Positions 24,273 through 36,863 of a stretch of 64,000 nt of DNA are shown here, one piece after another. Below the pieces are notes generated by a model. It did not search any database, was not told the origin of the DNA, and worked only from the letters and a program-made list of their open reading frames with translations. Origin of the DNA: Octopus sinensis. Lineage: Eukaryota. Numbering within the stretch: position 1 is the first letter of the stretch; every line of letters starts with the position of its first letter. The stretch covers positions 111,538,001 through 111,602,000 of the forward strand of contig NC_043003.1 of the NCBI RefSeq assembly GCF_006345805.1, given 5' to 3'. The position numbers were made by a program, and so were the translations under genes.

Positions 24273-25095
24273 GATAAATGAAAGAATGGAGTCCAACGAC
24301 GATTTAACAAAATTCCTTTGTTCTCGACATATGTTTCGAAGACTGCATATTCTTAATTCCGAAGGAATTAAGGGTGCATTATGCCGTCTTCTCATCAGGA
24401 AAGACAAGGAACTTATGTCAGCATCATGACGAACAAAAACTTTTAGATGAGTGCCTACACGGAGTCCATAGTGATAATGAGTGTTTCTTTAAAATATTCC
24501 GTTATAAGCAGTGACGTCAAAATTAGTTGGATGGATAAGATTCTAAAAAGTTCAAGAGTTCAAAAATGGTTGGAAGGGGCAGGTTCTAAGAATAGGGGGG
24601 TGACAGAGTGAAAGTCGTATGTATGGTGTTGCATTGTTGTTTGCTTTGCCAATGAGATTGAGTGCCTATGTGTGTATATGTATATAACTGCATTCGTGTC
24701 TATGTGTGTGTATATGTGTGCGTGATTGTTTGTGTGGGGGATAATGCTAAATATATCTAGTGGTGAAGTGACAGGTTTGTGTCTGTGTGTTCGATTGTGC
24801 TTATGATAGAGAGAGGGAGAGAGAGATAGGGGGGAGAGGTAGAGAGACAAAGGTAGAACATACCCTAACGAATTTGGTAGTAGGCCTTCAAGTAACGGAG
24901 TATAAAAAAATTTGTCTATGGTGTTGTTGTAGATGTGGAACCAAATTATTAAATTCAAGGAGGTTATCTATATTAATCATCATTCATATGAGTGGAAGGT
25001 GTGTTTCTGCCAGTGCAGTGCTTTCTGATGTAAATTCGATACCCGGGTATCGGTTAACCGAATTATCCATACTAGGATGATTCATTCAGCTACTT
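24273..25095 (-). mobile_element. Decayed PLE 3' end convergent on the 21595-24247 element
   Basis: Carries the canonical hammerhead below. The upstream part (24860-25080) has only weak GIY-YIG-like residues. Confidence 0.45.
24315..24409 (-). ncRNA. Type I hammerhead ribozyme with canonical core and extended stem II
   Basis: Minus strand CCUUGUCUUUC-CUGAUGA-GAAGAC-[extended hairpin]-GUCUUC-GAAACAUAUGU-C-GAGAACAAAGG. Predicted cleavage after GUC, between 24326 and 24325. Confidence 0.8.
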
Positions 25096-25099
25096 AAAC

Positions 25100-25157
<58 letters not shown>

Positions 25158-26133
25158 TTTAGGCACATTCCCCTCAAATTGATGCCGAATACTGCACATT
25201 TTAAATATGGTGCATACGTGCTCTGTTGCCAACTAAAACTTAAAAATATTAGATTGCAAAACTGAAATATTTTAAACCTTTCAATATTGAAGGAAATGCA
25301 TATGATGGGTTTCTTTCACAACATAGACACTGGATATCATTTACGAAATGCCTAATGGTCTATTCCTGAGCAAAAGCAAAAGGATAAACATTTTCTTCAG
25401 TTTAGTAAGGCATTTTTTAATTAATAAAAACACACCATTGACCCGAAACCTTGTCTTGTGCCCGAAGTATTAATATGAACGTACAAATGAATAATTCCAA
25501 AATATAGGACCATTATTCAGATTGTGGAAATTCCATTTTGTAGGAAATACCTTGTGCCTCCCACTTAATAGATGGAAATAGTGCAATAAATATCGACGGA
25601 AATATTTGAAAATATACATGATTTCAGATGATTTGTTTTACATGCCACAAACATGTTTCAAAATTCTGCAAATCACAGAAAACGGAGAAATAAAGATTAC
25701 ACATTCATACACAACAAATATAGAAGGTCGCATATTCTGTAACTGGTCCTATAATCGTTTTTATTATCACCGTTTAAATTATAGATCTGTATACATCACG
25801 AAAGAGTAAGACTTCATTTTGGGCATAAATATATATGTATATCTTTGTAAATATATATGTGCTTGTGCGTTTGTCTGTGTGCTGGTGTGTATGTATGCAT
25901 GTGTCAATGTATGTATTTATGTATGTTTGTAAGTACGCATTTATGCATATATATATACACACACAAACACATACATTGTGTAGGTGTATACATGCACCGA
26001 TTGATGGATGAACGGGTGGTTCAATCTGCTTTACATAATCTTATGAGAATATAAATGCATACAAACTATTGCAAATGATATAATGGCAAAACCCACACTA
26101 ACATTATTTCTATATAAATATATTTGTATGCAA

Positions 26134-26182
<49 letters not shown>

Positions 26183-26185
26183 TAT

Positions 26186-26261
<76 letters not shown>

Positions 26262-26569
26262 ATATCTTTATGTATATACATTGTAAGCTTCATATAACAA
26301 TAGCTGCTACGGAAATTCAAACATCATTTTGTTTTCGTGAAACGTAGTATCTTACATTGTGTATGTTAAAGAAAGCCAAGAATTATTTATATGCATATTG
26401 TTTAACGACGCAGTTAGAAAGTTTGATAGAGACTGGTATGTAATAAATGTCATTACTTTGAATGTTCGGGAAATGGACATTTCCATGTATAATACAAAGT
26501 TTCTTGAAAATAAGCCACTTGTGATAATTGTGAGGATGATGATAATGATGATGGCGATGATGAAGATAT

Positions 26570-26570
26570 A

Positions 26571-26615
<45 letters not shown>

Positions 26616-26619
26616 TATA

Positions 26620-26665
<46 letters not shown>

Positions 26666-26705
26666 TCATTATAATGACAGCAACAACAACAATAAGAATA
26701 ATAAT
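26570..26705. repeat. (AAT)n/(ATT)n microsatellite
   Basis: Direct reading. Confidence 0.9.
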
Positions 26706-27300
26706 AAGTTAATGTGCAAAAGCTACCCTTATCAAAGGAAAATGACAGAAACATCTAACGTTAAAATTAAAATTAACAATGACGATTGCCACAATTGGCC
26801 TCCACACCTGCCTGAAAAAAATTCTGAAACATGAAAAGATGAAAGCATCATACCCAGTAACAAAACAGGCAAAAGAATATATAAGTGAATTCCAAATACA
26901 ACAAATTTCAGAATTAGACGTACTAGAAATAATCACAGAAAAAGCTTAAAGTGCTGCCTTAGTAAACCTCACAATGGCAAATACTCCAAGAGAGCTGATA
27001 ATGCTGATACGGACAAAGCCCTTACCGATGATGGTTAATGGCTTCTTGCATAAAATCAGGAACGGAAGCGTTTATCATAGCAGCTTAAGATCAATGCCTA
27101 CCTACAAGAAATTACCAGGCCAATATAATATAGAATGGCAGTAGCACATGTCGTGTATATCAACAACAAATTGAATCCGTTGATCATGCTGTCTCTATGC
27201 GCAGTCGTCTTGTCCCTAGAAAATATTTCAACAGGGATGATAGAACTGCACAATATATTCACTGGGTAAGTTGCAAAAACCTGGACGTGACCCTGTTTTG
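26705..27300 (+). mobile_element. Internally deleted R4/Dong-type fragment
   Basis: Matches the reverse complement of ~52760-52815 joined to ~51800-52380 (tgtgcaaaagctacc..., gatcaatgcctacc..agaaa..accaggcc). Confidence 0.8.
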
Positions 27301-27371
27301 TCCCCTAGTTTGGGGGAAAAGATCAACTGATATTGTTTTTCAGTCATAGTTGTTTGCGTTTTCCCCACCAA

Positions 27372-27910
27372 CATGGAAAACACACAAAATAACATGGTGA
27401 CGCTCATATGTGAGAGAGGGGGAGAGAGTGAGGAGCGTCCCTAAACGTCAATAAGAGAGAGTGTGAGAAGCGACTTCGCGCTCAAAAAGAGAATAGATGA
27501 AAGCAGTATTTTTGTTGAAAAAAACGAACGAGAAGTACAACAGGGCCACTTTTTCGAGAAAGATCTCTCAGACCTTCGTTAAAACAACGTCTGAGTGTTT
27601 CAAATGTGGGACCCAATGGCTAGCTTCTCGGTGGCATGGCGGAAGAGCTTGTATGGTGGACGAGATTAACGTGTCTGAAGACAAATATTTTTCTCTTTGG
27701 CCAATCCCGGAAGAACTACTTTACGTTTCACTTCAAAAGAAAAATAAGGGTAGAGAAGGAAATGGTTTCTTCTAGCCAGTTCTCTGAAAGTTGGATGAAA
27801 GTGGCGAGAATGGTGCGAGTGAACGGGCCTGTAGTTGGGAAAAAGTCAAGGAAAAAAGCACTTTCCTCGAAAGTCAGGTTACCCATGGTATTTTATGGGT
27901 GTTTTCTATG
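27372..27910. mobile_element. Putative TIR-bounded non-autonomous DNA transposon
   Basis: catggaaaacacacaaaataacatggtgac versus right end read on the minus strand catagaaaacacccataaaataccatgggtaac. Confidence 0.45.
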
Positions 27911-30900
27911 AGCAGCCCCCGAACGTCTCCTCTATATTGAAGATTAGACATATTTGATTTCTCTCTTCTTTTTTTTATTTTGATAGTCATGTTTACTCGC
28001 AAAACATTCACAGCAAGACGCACGCACATTCTTTGTCTTGTCCTGTGCCGTCCATAATGACTTTCTTAATGTAAACCCTTGTGGTTGATAAAGAATTCAT
28101 TATTATTATTATTATTATCATCGAAAAGGAGGAATAAGTAGAAATTCAAAAAAATCATGGCCAGCCTGACCACTAAAAAGTAAGCTTCCTTGCTTGTTTT
28201 TGTTCAATCGATTGACATAAGCCTTTTAACACGTACCATGTTTACAACTCTCGCTTACCCGTCAATAAATATGCTAGAAAGCAGTACTTTTCTCTTCATC
28301 TTCATATTCCTCTCCACCCGTGAAAATAGACTCCCTACAGAATACGTGTTACTTGGAACTGGACGAAACCTTCACAGAGTTGTCAAAATCTCAACGAAAA
28401 TGATTACCTTACATAGCGTGACCCGTAAATATTTCACGGAATAAATGGTAAATTTACTGAGTTGTTTCTGAATTTTTTCTCCCCAAAATCTGAACAAATA
28501 GCCTGTGTTGAGTCTGTATCAAAAGATAATCACCCATCTGCTACCAATTGAAAAGTGAATGAAATATGCTATATGATGATTACTTATTGCACTTTATATA
28601 TACACTTTATGCACAATTTTATAGACTTAATACACATCACTCCCCCATTTTCTCTCATTCTTCGGCTTACCCTCCTTTTCTCTCTTCTTTGTCCTCATCC
28701 CTCTTTTTCGCACGCTCTCCACCTTTCCTTTCAGTAATACATGTGGAAACGTTTCAGACGGGCTAAGTAACGGAGGGAAAACGTTAGTTCAAGAAACAAA
28801 TTGCACATTTCACTCACCACCAAATTCGAGGGTTAGATGATTTGATAATAGCCTCGACTCCAATACTTGAGTAGTACTTTACTTTAGAGACACACTTATA
28901 TTTGAGTTAGAACACATGAAGACACTGTTACGCATTTTACCGTTCACCTAATGGTACTGCCAACCGAACAATTATGATTTTATACTGGCCGGAAGCTTTC
29001 TTTATAAGCTACATGACCAAACATTATAGCCGTGTATATAAAATTTATATTAATAATCAACATTAATGTGTCGTATATCATTCTTGCCTATATATGCAAT
29101 ACAATATTCGTCACTGAATTGCAGTGAATATTTTTTTTAAATAGTACTCCTTGGTAACAAAATGTGGCATTAAATTATTCGCCTGGTTTCAATTTTTAGA
29201 AATGCACTCCACAAGTGTTATTATGAGTGTTTATCACATTCAGTAATGGTCTTTCCATTGAGTATTTTTAGTGTCGTACGCACTAGTTGCATTATAAATG
29301 CTTAACGCATATGGTTTAGAGACAACCAGGCCTCGTTTTAAAACACGATTCATGGAGCCTTAGCGAAAATTTCAGTGCTACACGCTATCGATAGAGTAAA
29401 TCATTCAAATATGCATTAAAAAAAAAGTAATTCTAATTCCACTTAATTCAGATAAATCGGATCAATTCATTTCTAAATTGAATTTACGATACATTGTTTA
29501 GATTTTAATATGCATTATATTTTACAACTTCAGTTTCAATTATTTACAAAGTGCGTAATGAATTTATTTTTTACTTTATATTAGTTTATGAATTAGCTGT
29601 TATATAATTTACCAGACTCCGTCTCACTTTGCTCTTTGCGTGCATGTGCATCCAGCATTTCCCATATTCAATCTTTCTATCACAACTGAGGATTTTATTT
29701 TCTCTTTCTCCACGCTTCATTTTCATATCGATCTTAATTTTTTCAATCTGCTGCACTTATTCCCTTCCGATATCGAACATTATCCTCTGCAACACCCACT
29801 GAACATGCAAACACATAATGGCATTCTCTTCTTACTCTCCACTCTCTTCTTTTTCTTACTCTGCCATATTTTTATAGTCCTTCTTATAAACATTTTCTGC
29901 TATCCCTGTTCTTCCTTCACTGACACTGCTTTCTTCCTCCTACACTCATTTTATATAGTTTCTATTCTTCTCAGCTTCCATTGTTCTGAAGCTTGTTTGT
30001 CTATATACTCCATTTTTCCTGTCATTCCGCTTTTTCTTCTCTTTATGCGCATTTATCTCCGCCCGTGCCCGTGTTCTATTCATTCCTTATTTGTTATACT
30101 CGCTTGTGTATTTAATCTTTGTCAAAATATCCTGTCTCACGAAAAAAAAAAAAATAAATAAAACGAAAGAAAGAAAAAGAGAGAAAGGAAGAATAACGAT
30201 ATCCTCACAGTTGCTCTCATATATTAATTCTTCTACAATTAGTAATCATACACGTTTGGAATGTCTGGTGAGACGAAAAAGTGCGCAAGCAATATTTCTT
30301 AATCAGTCTTGACTATTCCCTCATGGATTTTCCTACCACTTCTTGCCTTACGAACCTCATTTTTCTTTTCTTTCTTTTTCATTTGCTTTCTAATATATAT
30401 TTCTTCTCATATCACGAGGATTAATGATTTGATTCAACTATCAAAACTGCAACTCATTCTTTGAACCGTTTGTCAAGTTATATCGATTACTATTCGTAGT
30501 GCTGTGATTACTGTGTTTGTGATTAATGTGGTAGAATTGTTTCATGGTGCACGAATAAGCGAATATTTATCACGCGTGTTTCGTATACCGAGCTGTCCTT
30601 TTCCATAAAACTGTCCATTTCCATAACCTCACAGCAATCCAAAGAAGTGCGGGTTCAATTTTGTGTACGGAAGCTAAGTGCAATCAATGTGGTTGGTTAA
30701 ACTATACAATATATTTTCTGAAAATCACTCTGGGACGTCCATTTCAGATTATGAAGTATGTATCTAAGGACTTTCATGTTGAATTGGGTTGTTCTGTTAT
30801 CAAATATAATCCGCAATAAATACACTGATTCGACATATTTCCAGGTGTACATATATGTGTCTGTGCGCGCGCAGTCATGCTTTTGCGCGTGTGTGTGTAC

Positions 30901-31086
30901 GACGGTTTGTGTGTTTGTGCATGCATATAGGTATAAGCATTCATATACACACATATACTGACACAATTACGTGCATATGCATATATGGACAGATACAAAC
31001 TGATAGATAATATATATATTATATCTATCTCTTTTTGCGTACACCAGCCACTCGCACGTTCGTATGTATATATGTATGTATGTATG

Positions 31087-31141
<55 letters not shown>

Positions 31142-31147
<6 letters not shown>

Positions 31148-31472
31148 TATAATTCGAGACAAAACCACTATTTTAAAACCAAACAAGAAAAGACTTAATC
31201 AATACATAAAATTTTAATATAAATTAAATAAACCGCCACAACAATTGTTTCATGTCTGCTACCGACAATCTTCAGGTGGATTTTCGATCTTCTAATCAGT
31301 ATCAAATTTTGATACTGATTAGAAGATCGAAAATCCACCTGAAGATTGTCGGTAGCAGACATGAAACAATTGTTGTGGCGGTTTATTTAATTTATATTAA
31401 AATTTTATGTATTGATTAAGTCTTTTCTTGTTTGGTTTTAAAATAGTGGTTTTGTCTCGAATTATATTATAT
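31142..31472. repeat. Near-perfect palindrome, copy 1 (165-bp arms, 1-nt centre at 31307)
   Basis: Positions summing to 62614 are complementary where checked. Confidence 0.95.
31335..31378 (+). ncRNA. Minimal type I hammerhead motif in the palindrome right arm (mirror on minus strand at 31236-31279)
   Basis: CCAC-CUGAAGA-UUGUC-GGUAGCA-GACAU-GAAACAAUUGU-U-GUGG: stem I CCAC/GUGG, stem II UGUC/GACA with U.U at 10.1-11.1, palindromic stem III ACAAUUGU, GUU triplet. Confidence 0.6.
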
Positions 31473-31622
31473 AATATTTTACTATAAAATTGGATTTAAC
31501 CCTAAATCTGATTTTTCCCTGTAATTTTGGATTCATTCCCTAATATTCGTATGTATATATGTATGTATGTATGTATGTATATATATATATAATATATATA
31601 TATATTATATATATATATATAC

Positions 31623-31953
31623 ATATAATATAATTCGAGACAAAACCACTATTTTAAAACCAAACAAGAAAAGACTTAATCAATACATAAAATTTTAATA
31701 TAAATTAAATAAACCGCCACAACAATTGTTTCATGTCTGCTACCGACAATCTTCAGGTGGATTTTCGATCTTCTAATCAGTATCAAATTTTGATACTGAT
31801 TAGAAGATCGAAAATCCACCTGAAGATTGTCGGTAGCAGACATGAAACAATTGTTGTGGCGGTTTATTTAATTTATATTAAAATTTTATGTATTGATTAA
31901 GTCTTTTCTTGTTTGGTTTTAAAATAGTGGTTTTGTCTCGAATTATATTATAT
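31623..31953. repeat. Near-perfect palindrome, copy 2 (centre 31788), tandem duplicate at 481-bp period
   Basis: 31141-31547 looks identical to 31622-32028. Confidence 0.95.
31816..31859 (+). ncRNA. Second copy of the palindrome hammerhead motif (mirror on minus strand at 31717-31760)
   Basis: Same sequence as 31335-31378, shifted by 481 bp. Confidence 0.6.
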
Positions 31954-32039
31954 AATATTTTACTATAAAATTGGATTTAACCCTAAATCTGATTTTTCCC
32001 TGTAATTTTGGATTCATTCCCTAATATTTATTATATATA

Positions 32040-32099
<60 letters not shown>

Positions 32100-32104
<5 letters not shown>

Positions 32105-32748
32105 GGAATATTTTGATTTTGGGGGACACTTAAGGGACTAAATTGGATACATTTTGCCCGATTTCAATCATATTTTCAACTTGGTAAAGTGGAAGGGGAT
32201 TTGTAATTTAAGAACGGAAAATGGATTCGAAATCTTGAAAATTCAGGCAAGATTTTTGAAGTTGAAAAAATTTCTCATTTTTACGTATTTTTGACTTTTA
32301 TTTTATTGTTGTTAAAGGTTTTCATTTTTTCTGAAAGAAATTTACAGCTGCATGTAGCCCGTGATTACAGCTTTCATTTGCATGTTCAGTCGTCGTAAAA
32401 TTCCTAAAATAAGTACTAAATTTAACAAAAGCATCCAAATAGTGGCACGCACAAAAACAAGTGTGCTTTCCTCTGTCACTGCCTTATATTTATGATTGGT
32501 CTTTCAAAAAATTCCTTTCTCAACTTCTTTTGTTTTTTTTATAAATGGGGGGGAGAGAGAGAGAAAGATAGGGAGTAAGGGTGAGCGAGGAAGTGTCCGA
32601 GAGAAAGAAAAAGTAAGAGAGTGGGAAAGCGAGAGAGAAAGGAGAGAGAAACAAAGAGGGAGAATGTGGCGGTAAGAAACAGAATGAAAGCAACAGAAAG
32701 TAACAACCACACCCTCACCCGCGCGTAGAGCGGGTCACCTTAAGCTAG
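32100..32748 (+). mobile_element. Probable non-autonomous Helitron-type element (3' end well defined, 5' end uncertain)
   Basis: GC-rich hairpin acccgc-gcgtaga-gcgggt (32717-32735), then 9 nt, then CTAG (32745-32748) followed by T. Confidence 0.5.
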
Positions 32749-33689
32749 TTGTACAAGTAAATTTGACTGAGAAAGAAGTATACGTAGAGGGGAATTACAG
32801 GAGGTAACGAGAACAGCTAGGAATGAAAGAGTAAATTGTAGTAGAGTGGAAGAAAGTGCGACACTTAGGCAACAAGAAATAATAACAAAACATAAATGAT
32901 AATGAGGAGTAAATTGAAAAAGAAGGCAAAGAGACAGAAATACAATAGGTAGGATATGATGAATGTGATGATCACGAGAAAGATGACTGGCAGAGAATAA
33001 ATTGAGTAAGAGTACTGCAGAAGCAGAAGAGAGAGAAATGGAGAAAGAGGAGGATTCAGTTCATTGAATGTTGTAGAAAAAAGAATTTTCTGTCGTTAAT
33101 ATTTTTGAAAGTGTGGCCTTATAAGTCAAATACAATTGTGTTTATTGGAGTGTAAAGATTTTATGTGAGTATGTTTTATTTATGGCTTGTTTTCTTGGTC
33201 GACGCTGAAAATAAAAATAGTCTGGGTTTGTTTATTATTTAATTGCTTTTTGCTTTTACAGGAGTGGGGGACGAAATCTACTTATTGGCATTACGCTTTG
33301 TGTGAATGACGATTAATGGTGTGTAGAGGCACACATTTGTCTCCTCATAAACAAATATAAGCATATACACACTCACTACTACATCGCTGTCGACGATGAG
33401 CATTCCCTTATTCAAATAACTAAAAGTTCGACAGAACATGTGGTTAGGTATTTCACCGAAATAAGTGCCCTTAGATCTACACAGAACTTAAGGAAGTAGC
33501 TAGTAAAGAACCAACTGGCATTTTTTGAGCTAACAAAATACCTAAGATTTATCAATATATATGTGCGTGATAATATGTCTCGTTATATGGGTTTTTCTGT
33601 AAGCATTCCATATAAACATAAGATTTTGTGTTAGTGTCTAAGAATCCCAATATCAGTTTCAAATTTTGTCACTAGGCCAACAATTTCGG

Positions 33690-33840
33690 AAGATGGACAA
33701 TCCCAGCGATCAACAGGTACTTTCTTTATCGTTCCCGAAAGAATGAAATGCAAAGTAGAGCTCGGTGGGATTTGAATTCAGAAGGTGAAGACGGACGAAA
33801 TGCATTTTGCCAAGTCATGCTAAAGATTATGCCAGCTTCC
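33690..33840 (-). mobile_element. Decayed SINE family B
   Basis: Reverse complement of the SINE B body (gaaagaatgaaatgcaaagtagagctcggtgggatttgaattcagaa). Confidence 0.6.
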
Positions 33841-35177
33841 GGCCTTTAGGAAACTCAATGTTGAGAATGTTTTTATAAATCTTCATTGAAACAATGATCG
33901 GTCGCATAATCAGGTTAGCAATAGCGTTCTTTCTATGAGGTTTCTTGGGGGGAAAATTAGTTTTTGCTCTTAAAACTATATTCCTATATAACCTAATGTT
34001 CTGAATATGAACATATATTTCTATGAAACACGTCTCCTGACACTCACGTAAATTTCCCTCTCAACGTCGACTTTGCTAACTTGTTATCAAGTGTTAAAAG
34101 GTAAACAGCTTTTATCAGTACTTGAGAAGCAAGTCTGTCATATGTGATTTTAATTTCTACAAGCTTTCGGTAAATGTCAGATGAGCTTCGCTGACTCTTT
34201 GCAACATTTTTACAATGAAACTTTCAGTTTTTAGATATCCAATGTCTTAAAATTGGAAGCTTCATCAATCACAGACAACATCAAGAAAGTATGTTTTAAA
34301 CTGATTTCTGCTTTAATTGTTGTTTTGTTTGATGGCTTCTTGATGAAAAGAGTACAGCTCTACTCAAAGCTTGCTGTCATCTCTGATTTGAAGGTTGGAG
34401 TTTTCACACACCAAAGTGGTTACTGTAGGCCAATGTTATTACGATAGTCCCATCAATTTTAAATCTGACGTTTTTGATTTGGACATAATCCAAAGTGATA
34501 TTTATAGTAAAAATCTTTAACGGTTTAATAGTGTTACCAAGTAGGTAACTTTCATTATAAGATGCCCATTTTCCTGAAAGTTATGAGGGAAAAGAGGCCG
34601 ATCGGTTGGATTTTCTGAAACTCTACTCTCCTCCCCCTCGGAATAATTCTTTCCCATAAATCCCTATATACTCTGAAGTCATAATATCAAAGCGGTATTT
34701 GTAGAAAATTTTATTGAAAAGTATCCATTTTTCTGGATGTTATGAAGCAACAAATTCGGTGGCGTATGCATCTGTACTAAAGGCCTTTTATTTGTACACT
34801 TTTTTCATTTCATGTTTATTTCTTTCAATGTTTGTAATGTTCTCTCTCTCTCTCCCTCTCTCATATATACATACACTGCAAAAAAACTTACAGATGGGCT
34901 GGTAAATTGAAATCTCTATGTTGCTTTGAGGGTAAGGTAAAACTTGACAAAACGCTTCTCCCTTTGTTGTTGGACTACAGTGATGTTTGTTTAAAAATGA
35001 GAGTTATGATTGTGATACAATAACGAAAGTAATATTGACTAAGCAAGTGAACACTATTATACAAAGAAATGATTAGACCTAAAATATCATAAAAATTATT
35101 AGAATTGGTAATCAAATGTCAGAATATTATCTAGGGGCTAGCAGAAAACTCTCGGTGGACGATAATTGCTGGTATGC

Positions 35178-35242
<65 letters not shown>

Positions 35243-35371
35243 TGTGTGAGTGTGTGTATGTGTGTGTGTGTGTGTGCTGAAGTGCATGTGGGCTTAAATA
35301 ACCGCCCACTCTCATTAGATAAGTGTAGTGACGTGTGTTGTGTACACACACACAGGCACGCACACGTACCT

Positions 35372-35404
<33 letters not shown>

Positions 35405-36470
35405 GAAACACACACACACACAGACACACACACACATAAAACAATAAAACGCGCTTGTGATTGTCATACCGAACATAAAGCTATGTCTGCAGATTTCTAT
35501 ATGTGGCTGGTTGTGAATATAGCCAGAAAATCTTTCTAATGTACATTCAGTTACCGTGAATGTTCCACTGAGATATTTTATCTAATCAAAACAATCCAAT
35601 TCTAGGTACACTACCCAATGTTCTTCCTTCACAATTTGGAAACCATTTGTTTCTTTCTATGTAATTAATCATATAATGCAGGAATTCAATTAAAGCCTTT
35701 TAAACGCAGCCTGAAGTGAAATATTATAATTCAATTTTTAATATGTGTTACATGTTACATGCAGATCTAAGTACTGTTCATATTTCTGCGAGAATCATTT
35801 CCGCCAATTTAAACACAAAACTGTCTTAAATATCCAAGATTAATATTTCACTTTAAAGGACCATATATGTGTATTCCCCATTTCCTACCAACTAGAATTA
35901 ACATTATTTCCTAAAGTGACTTTGGGATTATGCGTTCATATCCTTATAATACCAAAATGAAAGAAATATTAAATCTTCTCGGGGGTTATACCAGTTACGT
36001 GATACATTGCATTACTTCCAACCAAGGGAAAAACGGTCCACCCCACCTCATTTGGTGAGAGAGAATGTTACTTGTCGATTTCGCTAGCACGTTCTTACTA
36101 TAGCCATAAATACCCAAAGTCAATCATACCCATCGATGTTACAGTAATTGAAATCCTACTACCAGAAAATTGATATGCTTCTCTAAATACTGGTATGGAT
36201 TTGGAAAATTGAAGTATAACTTCATATAATACACAACGGATTGCATGTAATGTAAAATACAATGAACCTCGGTGAGCGAAACAAATGCTATAACAGAAAG
36301 GGAAAGAGAAACGTATTTGTGAAAAGTAAATTTTAAGAAAAAAATTATTTTACGTAAAGCAATCGGAGTATAAATAGTGGTAAAAGTTTAACATAAATAT
36401 ATATGTAAGATGCGGATATATGTGTGTGTGTGTGTGTGGTGTGTGTATGTATATGTATATGATATATATA

Positions 36471-36531
<61 letters not shown>

Positions 36532-36544
36532 TAAATATATGTGA

Positions 36545-36723
36545 CGTATATATCGTTGCTGCTTTTTCTTTCTCCGTCTTCCGTTCTTTGGACTCATTTT
36601 TTTTCTATATTTTTGACAAAGAGCTCCGCTCGACACGTGGAATCCTCCTTCTTTCTTTCCTTTCCTGAGCGTCCAATATCACTATACTTATTTCAAGTCC
36701 TCGCGTCGTTGCGTTTTCTCTTT

Positions 36724-36725
<2 letters not shown>
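36545..36725 (+). mobile_element. PLE pseudo-LTR-type repeat (family H2) with a decayed hammerhead at 36608-36644
   Basis: Homologous to 14640-14865; core mutated to UUGACAA and GAAA to GACA. Confidence 0.6.
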
Positions 36726-36782
<57 letters not shown>

Positions 36783-36863
36783 TGTGTGTATGTGTGTGTA
36801 ATATAATGTGTCTTGAATGGCACAACAATGCACTTTACTAGCTGTTGTCATTTAATCATCCAC

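Noticed and set aside
29640-30161. 173-aa hydrophobic ORF
   Set aside because: Product of C/T-rich low-complexity sequence with no recognisable motif.
31142-32028. CRISPR-like reading of the repeated palindromes
   Set aside because: Eukaryotic context, only two long units, no unique spacers and no cas genes.
33245-33330. Splice-acceptor-like ttttgcttttacag|G
   Set aside because: All three frames stop within about 60 nt and no partner exon was found.
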